Source: Bacilli bacterium
GTDB lineage: Bacteria > Bacillota_I > Bacilli_A > RFN20 > CAG-826
DNA length: 64,000 nt
NCBI GenBank assembly: GCA_017468925.1
Contig: JAFUHI010000004.1
Coordinates: forward strand, 70,161 to 134,160
Direction: 5' to 3'
Shown here: positions 19,226-27,120 of the stretch, one piece after another
Layout: each line of letters begins with the position of its first letter
How positions within the stretch are numbered: position 1 is the first letter of the stretch
Notes under the pieces: generated by a model
Database searches by the model: none
What the model saw: the letters and a program-made list of their open reading frames with translations, nothing else
What the model was told of the DNA's origin: nothing
Translations under genes and position numbers: made by a program

Positions 19226-19238
19226 AAAACTACTAATT
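19226..19238 (+). repeat. 13-mer AAAACTACTAATT, copy 4
   Basis: Exact 13-mer in the 21-nt xseB-dxs spacer. It overlaps the xseB stop codon (19233-19235, minus strand). Confidence 0.95.
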
Positions 19239-19454
19239 ATCGACTTTGATATTTTCTGATTGCTCCTCTTTGTATGAGTTGATTTTCTCCTCTGCTGCTT
19301 TTAAAGTTTCTTTGACTTCTTTTATCAAAGCCATTCCTTCTTCGTGTAACTTTATCGCCTCTTCCAGAGGCAAAGTGTTATTCTCAACGATCGATAGTAT
19401 TTCATCAATTCGTTCTAGCTTCTCTTCGAAGCTCATCTCTTTCTTTTCTTCCAT
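19233..19454 (-). CDS. xseB: exodeoxyribonuclease VII small subunit
   Basis: 73 aa, helical, with ..SFEEKLERIDEILSIVENNTLPLEEAIKLHEEG... Lies immediately downstream of xseA. Confidence 0.85.
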   Translation of the reverse strand: MEEKKEMSFEEKLERIDEILSIVENNTLPLEEAIKLHEEGMALIKEVKETLKAAEEKINSYKEEQSENIKVDN

Positions 19455-19456
19455 CT

Positions 19457-20665
19457 CTATTTTCCTTTCTTGTTTTTGATTTCGCCTTCTATCGTTCCAT
19501 CCGCTACTTTGATTTCAAAAACATCATTAACGTTGACGTCATTGATAGAAGATATGATTTTTCCGTTCTTATTATACGCCATAGAATAGCCTCTATTTAA
19601 AATGGAATATGGATTGAGCGATGCCAACCTTGATTCATATGAGTCGATTCTATCTCTGATTCTATTTAGCATATTGGCGATGCATGTATCTAGCATCTTC
19701 TTGGAGTTTGTCAGATTGATTATTGTTTTTTCGTAGATGCTGGCAGGGTTTTTGAAGAATGGACGTGAGGCGAATGAATCAATCATTTTCTTTGAGTATT
19801 CCAATAGATCGGTGATTGAATTGTCTAATCTATTTTCACTTTCATAAATCCGCTGGTATACGTCTTTGATGTCTGGGGTGGCGGCTTCGGCAGCGCCTGT
19901 CGGGGTTGAAACGCGCTTATCGGCGACGAAATCGACCAAAGTGAAATCAATCTCATGACCCACTGCGGCAATAACCGGAACGTTATATGCGTATATTTCT
20001 CTGACTAATAGCTCATCGTTGAAGGCGCTTAAGTCCTCGCTTGAGCCACCTCCTCTAGCGATAATCAAGACATCCAAAGGATAATCTTTAGAAAGATTTA
20101 ATTCTTTGATGATGCTTTTGGGCGCGTCTTTGCCTTGAACTAATGCGTTAAAGATATGTAGATTTGCCACCGGCCATCTTCTTTTTATGTTTGTTTTGAT
20201 ATCAGCTTCTGCCGCGCTTCCCGCCCCCACTATCACACCGATTTCGAAAGGATATCTAGGAATCATCTTTTTCTTTGAGGGGTCGAATAAACCTTCTTCC
20301 TCTAATTTCTTCTTTAACGCCAATAACCTCAATAATTCTTGCCCTTGGCCGAATAATTCGATGTCATAGACGGTCAATTGATAATAGCCGCGGCCTGTAT
20401 ATACCGAAACCGATCCTTTGACGAGCACCTCATCGCCATTCTGAGGCTTGAATGATTTATATTTCATCGGATCTTTCCACATGACGCATGGAATCGAAGA
20501 AACATTATCTTCTTTTAAAGAAAAATAGACCGCACGGTCATATTCTTTATAATTTGATATCTCGCCCTTGACGGTAAGGTTCTTCAATGAATAATCATTT
20601 TCGAGTTTGCTTTTTATTATGGCGTTGATATCGGATACGCTTAAATATCTTTCAAAGTCTTTCAT
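19457..20665 (-). CDS. xseA: exodeoxyribonuclease VII large subunit
   Basis: 402 aa with an N-terminal OB fold (..VKGEISNYK....YFSLKE..) and the ..IARGGGSSEDL.. motif. Confidence 0.9.
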   Translation of the reverse strand: MKDFERYLSVSDINAIIKSKLENDYSLKNLTVKGEISNYKEYDRAVYFSLKEDNVSSIPCVMWKDPMKYKSFKPQNGDEVLVKGSVSVYTGRGYYQLTVYDIELFGQGQELLRLLALKKKLEEEGLFDPSKKKMIPRYPFEIGVIVGAGSAAEADIKTNIKRRWPVANLHIFNALVQGKDAPKSIIKELNLSKDYPLDVLIIARGGGSSEDLSAFNDELLVREIYAYNVPVIAAVGHEIDFTLVDFVADKRVSTPTGAAEAATPDIKDVYQRIYESENRLDNSITDLLEYSKKMIDSFASRPFFKNPASIYEKTIINLTNSKKMLDTCIANMLNRIRDRIDSYESRLASLNPYSILNRGYSMAYNKNGKIISSINDVNVNDVFEIKVADGTIEGEIKNKKGK

Positions 20666-21081
20666 CTTTGCAAAGCCTTATCCAGAACTGCGTTCACGAA
20701 CTTATAGTCACGGTCATCGCCATACGTTTTAGATAATCTGATTGCGATATCTATAACGACTTTTTTATCAACCGCTGTGTCTACATAATAGAAATGAATG
20801 TAAGATAAAATCAAAATTGCTTGGATGGTTCTATTCCTTCTATCGATTGTCCATCTCTCCATATTCTCGTTTAGTGCTTTCGTTGCATCGTTTATATGTT
20901 TGATTGTCTCGATTGCCACTTCTTTAACAAAAAGGTCGCATTCTTCGTACGGTAACGATTCAGCGTCGCTCACAAGCGATTTAACGTCGATTTCGCTAGC
21001 TAAAGAAATTCTAGTGAGGATATCAAAAACAACGGTGAACGCAACATATTGAAGCTGGTTTCTTGTTTTTTCTTCCGCCAT
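20662..21081 (-). CDS. nusB: transcription antitermination factor NusB
   Basis: Helical, about 139 aa from ATG 21081 (MAEEKTRNQLQYVAF..). C-terminal ..KFVNAVLDK.. is typical of NusB. The asp23-nusB neighbourhood matches Bacillus. Confidence 0.85.
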   Translation of the reverse strand: MAEEKTRNQLQYVAFTVVFDILTRISLASEIDVKSLVSDAESLPYEECDLFVKEVAIETIKHINDATKALNENMERWTIDRRNRTIQAILILSYIHFYYVDTAVDKKVVIDIAIRLSKTYGDDRDYKFVNAVLDKALQR

Positions 21082-21082
21082 A

Positions 21083-21586
21083 CTATTTAGACATCCTTTC
21101 AACGTTTACCCGTAGTAGTTTAACATAAAGAACAATCATATAGGAATAAATTCCTAAAAAGGCAACGTGCATCGCTAGACTAATTATGTAATTTACCAAT
21201 TCCATTTTTCCATAGATGCCATCGAATCCAAGTATTATGGTGTATACAAAGTCGGCGAAATAAAGAATGACCCCGGCAATCATGAAATGTCTTTTTGCTT
21301 TGGCGGCCATCAAGCCCAAATAAACGAATAGCCCTAAAGTTATGACCCCTACGCCCAAGATGATTATGTTACTAATGGTCACTCCTTCACCAATTGGATT
21401 AAGCGAAAGATGATAAGCCAGAATGTAATTGGAGGCGAAGCAGAGAGAATAAGTAAAACCATTAGTTATAAGCGATAAGCACAAGCCGAAAAAACTTACA
21501 AGGGCAGGATAAATCAAAAAAAGAGATATTTTTTGGTATCGTCTCAAATATTTGTCGAATTCATTCTCAACATCGGCTTTGTTCAT
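21083..21586 (-). CDS. hypothetical integral membrane protein
   Basis: 167 aa with 4-5 predicted TM helices and no recognisable motif. Tightly packed between asp23 and nusB. Confidence 0.5.
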   Translation of the reverse strand: MNKADVENEFDKYLRRYQKISLFLIYPALVSFFGLCLSLITNGFTYSLCFASNYILAYHLSLNPIGEGVTISNIIILGVGVITLGLFVYLGLMAAKAKRHFMIAGVILYFADFVYTIILGFDGIYGKMELVNYIISLAMHVAFLGIYSYMIVLYVKLLRVNVERMSK

Positions 21587-21587
21587 A

Positions 21588-21929
21588 TTAGCGGATGGCG
21601 CTTACGCGGATTTTAACTTTGAAAGGAACCGCTTCGCACATGTTTTGGATTGATGAAGCGACTTCTTCTTGGACTTGTTCGGTTACTTTGGCGACATTGC
21701 ATCCTTTCTTGAGGGTGAGATCAAGATGGATATCGACTTTTCCGCCTTTCCTCAAATAGACCTGGACCGGATTGGAAAGCCTAAAAATCTTCTTTTTGCT
21801 TTTTCCGCCTTCTTTCTCTGGATTGGAGATGTGATTGGCGGTTATTAAAGCGATATTTTCAAAGACGCGACGAGATATATTCATCTTGCCGATTTTCTTG
21901 TAATTGTTTAGTTCGTAGAAATCGCTCAT
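21588..21929 (-). CDS. Asp23/Gls24-family envelope stress protein
   Basis: 113 aa with ..ISRRVFENIALITANHI.. and the C-terminal ..VKIRVSAI.. pattern of Asp23. Position is equivalent to B. subtilis yqhY. Confidence 0.72.
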   Translation of the reverse strand: MSDFYELNNYKKIGKMNISRRVFENIALITANHISNPEKEGGKSKKKIFRLSNPVQVYLRKGGKVDIHLDLTLKKGCNVAKVTEQVQEEVASSIQNMCEAVPFKVKIRVSAIR

Positions 21930-21965
21930 GCTATTATTTTAATTCCCATTTTTGCCTTAGGCAAC

Positions 21966-23951
21966 CTAGCGAATGTTTTCTTTGATGAAGGCAACGAAGT
22001 CATCGGATGTGAACTTAAGTGCCGATATGACATCTTTCATCGGGGCGCTTAAACCGAATCTATCAATGCTTTTCACATGCTCGGCGTATCGATACCACAT
22101 TGCTCCATGCGACATCTCAAACGCGTATATCTTGCTTCTATCAAGGCAAAGGACGCTGGATTTATATTCTTCGGTTTGCTTTTCGAAGACTTCTAAGGAG
22201 GGGAATGAAGCAACAATAACGCCAAGACCTTCACCTTCTAGTTTCTTTGCCGCTTCTATCGCGGTACTGACTTCGCTTCCTGAGGCAATTAATTCTATTT
22301 CAGCAGGTTTATTGCCTGAATAAACGATATATCCTCCATGCTTGAAGCCTTCTTCATTTGTGGATTCCAACAATGGTAGTTTCTGTCTAGAAAGAATTAT
22401 GGCGTGCGGCGTGGATTTGGATTTTATGGCCTCTTTCCAAGCGTATAAGGTCTCTTTGGAATCGCATGGTCTAAAGGTGACCAAATCAGGAATCGTCCTT
22501 AAAGCCACAAGCTGCTCTATTGGCTCGTGGGTAGGGCCGTCTTCGCCCACCGCAATGGAATCGTGACTGAATAGATATATTGCTGGCAAGTGTTGCAAAG
22601 CAGCCATCCTAATCGCGTTTTTCATATAGTCGCTGAAAACAAGGAATGAACCGATATAGGTAAGCACCCCGCCATGCAAAAGCATGCCGTTTTGGATTGC
22701 AGCCATCGCAAATTCCCTAATGCCGAAATTGATGTTATGAGCGGAAGGATTCTCTTTAGAGAATGATGGATCGCCAGGAATCGCGGTCATGACTGAAGCA
22801 GCCACATCAGCGCTTCCGCCTAAGGATGAAGGAATGATAGAAGGCAATTTAGCAACGATTTTTCCTGAAGTGTTGCGGCTTGCTTCACTTCCGAATTCTA
22901 AAGTGATCTCTTCTGCTTCTTTTGCGTAATCTCTATTGAACGCTTTAATGAAGCGGGCGTATTCTTCTGGATATGATTTCTTGTATTCATCGACGGCCAA
23001 ATCATATTCTTTGTTCATCTCTTCTCCGCGCTTGGCGAATGTTTCTTTGAATAATTCATAGACGAATGGAGGGATGGAGAATTCTTCATGGCCGCCATAT
23101 CCGTAAAAAGATTTGGCGATTTCACCATCTTCTTTGCCTAAAGGCTTGCCGTGTGTCTCGTGGCTTCCTTGCTTGGAGGAGCCATATCCGATAAGAGTAT
23201 GGACGATAATTAAGGTCGGCTTCTCTTTTTCCTCTTTCGCTAAAGAGATGGCTTCATCGATTGCATCTAGGTTATTTCCATCCTCAATGTCGAGTACATT
23301 CCAGCCTGACGCTTTGAATCTAAGGGCGACATCTTCGTTAAATGATTGGCTAGTTGGCCCATCAAGCGTCGAAGTGTTTGCGTCATAGAACAAAACAAGA
23401 TTGCTTAGCTTATGGAATCCCGCTAAAGAAATGGCTTCTTGCGATAACCCTTCTTGCAGACATCCATCCCCGCATAGGCAATAGGTCTTATGGCTCATTA
23501 ATTTTTCGCCTTCTTTATAAGAAGAACGGACAAATCTTTCCGCCATAGCGAAGCCTACGGCCTGGGCTACTCCCTGTCCTAAAGGCCCGCTAGAAGCGTC
23601 GATTCCAGGAGTTAAACCGACTTCAGGATGGCCTGGGGTCAAAGAATTGAGCTGACGGAATTGCTTCAAATCGCCTAAAGAAATGTCATAGCCAGCTAAA
23701 TGCAATAACGAATAATGCAATGCGCACGTATGACCAGCGCTTAGAATAAAACGATCTCTATTAATCCAATTCGGGTTTTTCGGATTAGCGACAAGATGAT
23801 TCTTGAATAAGACATATTCGATTGGCGCAGCATCTAATGCCATGCCTGGATGACCTGAATTCGCTTTGTTGATCGTGTCGATTATTAAGCTCCTTAGAAC
23901 AGCAATAGCCTGCTGATCTTTCTCGGTGAATACATTATTTTTCTTTGCCAT
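21966..23951 (-). CDS. tkt: transketolase
   Basis: 661 aa with SGHPGMALDAAP, GDGCLQEG and ..GEDGPTHEPIEQL.. motifs. AGGAGG SD. Confidence 0.93.
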   Translation of the reverse strand: MAKKNNVFTEKDQQAIAVLRSLIIDTINKANSGHPGMALDAAPIEYVLFKNHLVANPKNPNWINRDRFILSAGHTCALHYSLLHLAGYDISLGDLKQFRQLNSLTPGHPEVGLTPGIDASSGPLGQGVAQAVGFAMAERFVRSSYKEGEKLMSHKTYCLCGDGCLQEGLSQEAISLAGFHKLSNLVLFYDANTSTLDGPTSQSFNEDVALRFKASGWNVLDIEDGNNLDAIDEAISLAKEEKEKPTLIIVHTLIGYGSSKQGSHETHGKPLGKEDGEIAKSFYGYGGHEEFSIPPFVYELFKETFAKRGEEMNKEYDLAVDEYKKSYPEEYARFIKAFNRDYAKEAEEITLEFGSEASRNTSGKIVAKLPSIIPSSLGGSADVAASVMTAIPGDPSFSKENPSAHNINFGIREFAMAAIQNGMLLHGGVLTYIGSFLVFSDYMKNAIRMAALQHLPAIYLFSHDSIAVGEDGPTHEPIEQLVALRTIPDLVTFRPCDSKETLYAWKEAIKSKSTPHAIILSRQKLPLLESTNEEGFKHGGYIVYSGNKPAEIELIASGSEVSTAIEAAKKLEGEGLGVIVASFPSLEVFEKQTEEYKSSVLCLDRSKIYAFEMSHGAMWYRYAEHVKSIDRFGLSAPMKDVISALKFTSDDFVAFIKENIR

Positions 23952-24018
23952 TATCGTTTTACCTCCTAGTATTGTTTTAGTAGATTTATTGCATTGTCTA
24001 CTATAATTATAGTAGTAA

Positions 24019-25752
24019 TTAATCTTCTTTGATTTGAATATGTAAAATATCTAGTTGTTCTTGGCTCACTTTGTTTGGCGCTTTGCTCATTGGATCAACA
24101 GCCTGTAGATTCTTTGGGAAAGCCTCTACATCTCTTATGTTGTCGGTGCCACATATAATCATGGCGAGCCTATCTAAGCCTAAGCCAAAACCACCATGAG
24201 GTGGGCAACCATATTTGAACGCATCGATGAACCAACCGAATTTCCTTCTTACATCTTCATCGCTCAAACCTAATATTTTAAATATTTTGGCTTGGGTGTC
24301 ATGATCGTAGATTCTTAAAGTTCCTCCGCCTGCTTCGTAGCCATTTATGACTATGTCATAAGCGTATGCGAGAACTTTTTCCGGGTCGCTGTCGAGATAT
24401 TTTAGGTCTTCATCTCTTGGTCTAGTGAAAGGATGGTGCTCCGCGACATATTCTTTTCCCTCTTCATCAACTCTCGTGAACATCGGGAAATTGACAACCC
24501 AAAGGAAATCATATGTGCCAGGTTTTATGAGGTTCAATTCTTTGGCGAACATCGTTCTTAATGCGCCTAAGCCTAAATCTATATCACGTCTTGATGATGA
24601 CGAGGCGAAGATTAAGGCATCGCCAGATTTGATGTTCGTTCTTTCGATTAAAGACTGGATTTTTTCTTCGTTTAAGAATTTTAAGAATGAGCCTTCTAAC
24701 CCATTCTCACCCATCTTGAGCGACATATAGCCTTTTAGATTGAATTTCTTGGCTTCTAGTTGCAATTCATCCATTCTTTTTCTTGATAAAGAAGAGGCAT
24801 AAGAAGGAATGACGATGCCTTTGATGAATTTAGCCCCATCAAAGCCGTGGAATTCTGTTCCTTCCAAAATATCGAGCAAATCCACTATCTTCATATCGAA
24901 TCTGGTGTCTGGTTTATCGCTGCCATAGATATCCATCGCATCCCAATAATCGATGCGGCGGAATGGCGTTTTGATATCGATTCCCAAAACATCTTTCCAG
25001 ATTTTTTTGTAGAGCCCTTCGCCTATTTCTAGAATCTGATCTTGATCCATGAAGCTCATTTCGACGTCAATTTGGGTGAATTCTGGCTGACGGTCGGAAC
25101 GCAAATCCTCATCGCGGAAGCATCTTGCTATCTGGTAATAGCGTTCCACTCCACCGATCATTAATAACTGCTTGAAAATCTGAGGAGATTGATCCAAGGC
25201 ATAGAAGCAGCCTGGATGAACTCTTGATGGGACCAAATATTCTTTGGCGCCCTCTGGCGAAGATAGATTCATATATGGTGTTTCTACTTCTAAGAAGCGT
25301 CTTTCATCGAAATATTCATGGCAGCATTTGACGATTGCCGCTCTTTTGCGGAGGTTATCCAAAATAACAGGCCTTCTGATGTCCAAATAACGATAATTTA
25401 GCCTTGTATCTTCCAAAGCGTCAGTCTTATCGGCGATTATAAATGGCGTGGTCTCGGCCTTGTTGATGACTTTTAGTTCTTTGACCTCCACTTCGACTTC
25501 GCCAGTCGCTAGTTTAGGGTTTGGCACTTCTTTGGCTCTGATTTTGCCTTTCACGGAAATGACGTATTCATTTCTTACATCTGGCACTTTGCTCGAATCG
25601 TCGATTGCAAGCTGAATAATTCCGGTGTTATCTCTTAAATCAATGAATTGGATGGCGCCTAATTTCCTGGTGTTTGATACCCATCCGACCAATTCGACTT
25701 CTTCGCCGACATTGCTCTTTCTAATCTCGCCGTTATAATGTGTTCTTCTCAT
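24019..25752 (-). CDS. aspS: aspartate--tRNA ligase
   Basis: Class IIb aaRS (..FRDEDLRSDRQPEFTQID.., ..GGGTLRIYD.., ..PPHGGFGLGLDRL..). ATG 25752 (MRRTHYNGEIR) sits 5 nt after the hisS stop, with GGAG upstream. The track ORF starts further upstream. Confidence 0.92.
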   Translation of the reverse strand: MRRTHYNGEIRKSNVGEEVELVGWVSNTRKLGAIQFIDLRDNTGIIQLAIDDSSKVPDVRNEYVISVKGKIRAKEVPNPKLATGEVEVEVKELKVINKAETTPFIIADKTDALEDTRLNYRYLDIRRPVILDNLRKRAAIVKCCHEYFDERRFLEVETPYMNLSSPEGAKEYLVPSRVHPGCFYALDQSPQIFKQLLMIGGVERYYQIARCFRDEDLRSDRQPEFTQIDVEMSFMDQDQILEIGEGLYKKIWKDVLGIDIKTPFRRIDYWDAMDIYGSDKPDTRFDMKIVDLLDILEGTEFHGFDGAKFIKGIVIPSYASSLSRKRMDELQLEAKKFNLKGYMSLKMGENGLEGSFLKFLNEEKIQSLIERTNIKSGDALIFASSSSRRDIDLGLGALRTMFAKELNLIKPGTYDFLWVVNFPMFTRVDEEGKEYVAEHHPFTRPRDEDLKYLDSDPEKVLAYAYDIVINGYEAGGGTLRIYDHDTQAKIFKILGLSDEDVRRKFGWFIDAFKYGCPPHGGFGLGLDRLAMIICGTDNIRDVEAFPKNLQAVDPMSKAPNKVSQEQLDILHIQIKED

Positions 25753-25757
25753 AATCT

Positions 25758-27080
25758 TTAAGCTCCATGGTGACATTCACAGTTTTCATCGTCGCACTCA
25801 CATTCATCGTGTTCGAATAATTTATCGAGTTCCTCGTCTAATTTATTCAAATCGATGGTGATTTGTTCCTGCGTTTCAATGTTTTTAATATTCGCTACGC
25901 CTTTCTCCAATTCATCGGTTCCGACAATAAAGGCGAATTTGGCTTTCTTTCGTTCGGCTTTCTTGAACATCGAGGAGAATTTGCCTCCTTCCGCCATATC
26001 GGCGCTATATCCTAGAAGCCTTGTTGTCTGCATCAAGTAGAAAACGCTATTAATGACCTCTTCATCTCCGCCAACAGGCATGAAGAAGAAATCAAGAAGA
26101 TACGGTTGCTCTTTTCTCAGGCCATTATCTTTTAATAAAGATACAATTCTTTCCACGCCCATCGCAAAACCGACTCCTGGCAAATCAGGACCGCCTAATT
26201 CTTTGACAAGCCCGCCATAGTGCCCGCCTCCGCACACGGCGCCATAATCATTTCCTGCTTGGCTCTTCACGTGGATTTCGAAGACAATCTCTGAATAATA
26301 ATCAAGGCCTCTAACGAGATTCTCATCGATCTCGTAATCGATTTCCATGTCATTAAGATATGAGATGGTCTTGTAGAATCTTTTTTCGCTTGCTTCTGAA
26401 AGATAATCTTTGATTTTCGGCGCGCCTTTGGCGATTTCTTGATCGTGCTCCACTTTGCAATCTAAAATCCTAAGCGGGTTAAGATTTATTCTTTCGTGGC
26501 AGTCTTCGCACATCTCATCCATGTAGGAAGAGAAATATTTCTTTAATGCCTCTCTATAGGCTTTTCTAGATTCCTCATCGCCAAGGCTATTGATCTTTAC
26601 GCTGACGTTCTCAAAGCCGAGAACGCAAAGCGATTGGACGGCCATTATAATCGTTTCAGCATCTAGCAAAGGCGAATCAGCACCTACGCATTCAACACCG
26701 AATTGATTGAATTGGCGATAACGACCCAATTGCGGTCTTTCATACCTGAAAGCCGGGCCACAATAGAAATATTTTAGAGGTAAATCCTCGGCGTATAGCT
26801 TGTTGGATACGACGCCTCTAATGAGTCCAGCGGTGAATTCAGGTCTAAGGGTGACACTGCGATTCCCTTTATCTAAAAATGTGTACATCTCCTTGCGGAC
26901 GATGTCGCTGCTTTCTCCGGTTCCGCGGGAAAAAACATCCGTATATTCCATAATTGGCGGAATGAATTCTTTATATGCATACATTTTCGCGAATTCTTTT
27001 AATAAATTCGTGACTTCTTCCATCTCACTAGCGTCTTCGCCATAGATGTCATGCATTCCTTTTACTGGGCTAAATGACAT
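25758..27080 (-). CDS. hisS: histidine--tRNA ligase with Cys/His-rich C-terminal tail
   Basis: 440 aa with ..LRPEFTAG.., ..FRYERPQLGRYRQFNQ.. and ..GGGHYGGL.. motifs. Ends in EHDECECDDENCECHHGA. Confidence 0.92.
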   Translation of the reverse strand: MSFSPVKGMHDIYGEDASEMEEVTNLLKEFAKMYAYKEFIPPIMEYTDVFSRGTGESSDIVRKEMYTFLDKGNRSVTLRPEFTAGLIRGVVSNKLYAEDLPLKYFYCGPAFRYERPQLGRYRQFNQFGVECVGADSPLLDAETIIMAVQSLCVLGFENVSVKINSLGDEESRKAYREALKKYFSSYMDEMCEDCHERINLNPLRILDCKVEHDQEIAKGAPKIKDYLSEASEKRFYKTISYLNDMEIDYEIDENLVRGLDYYSEIVFEIHVKSQAGNDYGAVCGGGHYGGLVKELGGPDLPGVGFAMGVERIVSLLKDNGLRKEQPYLLDFFFMPVGGDEEVINSVFYLMQTTRLLGYSADMAEGGKFSSMFKKAERKKAKFAFIVGTDELEKGVANIKNIETQEQITIDLNKLDEELDKLFEHDECECDDENCECHHGA

Positions 27081-27120
27081 ATCGTTTCTCCTATCTAATT
27101 ATATATAGTAAATCTATGAT

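Noticed and set aside
2786-19238. Interpreting the 13-mer as an FtsK/SpoIIIE-orienting (KOPS/SRS-like) motif or as a B. subtilis-type RTP Ter site.
   Set aside because: KOPS-type motifs should invert across dif, but copies on both sides (2.8 kb and 12.1/19.2 kb) share one orientation. The flanks lack the TATGTACYAAAT core of Bacillus Ter sites, and no rtp-like gene is nearby.
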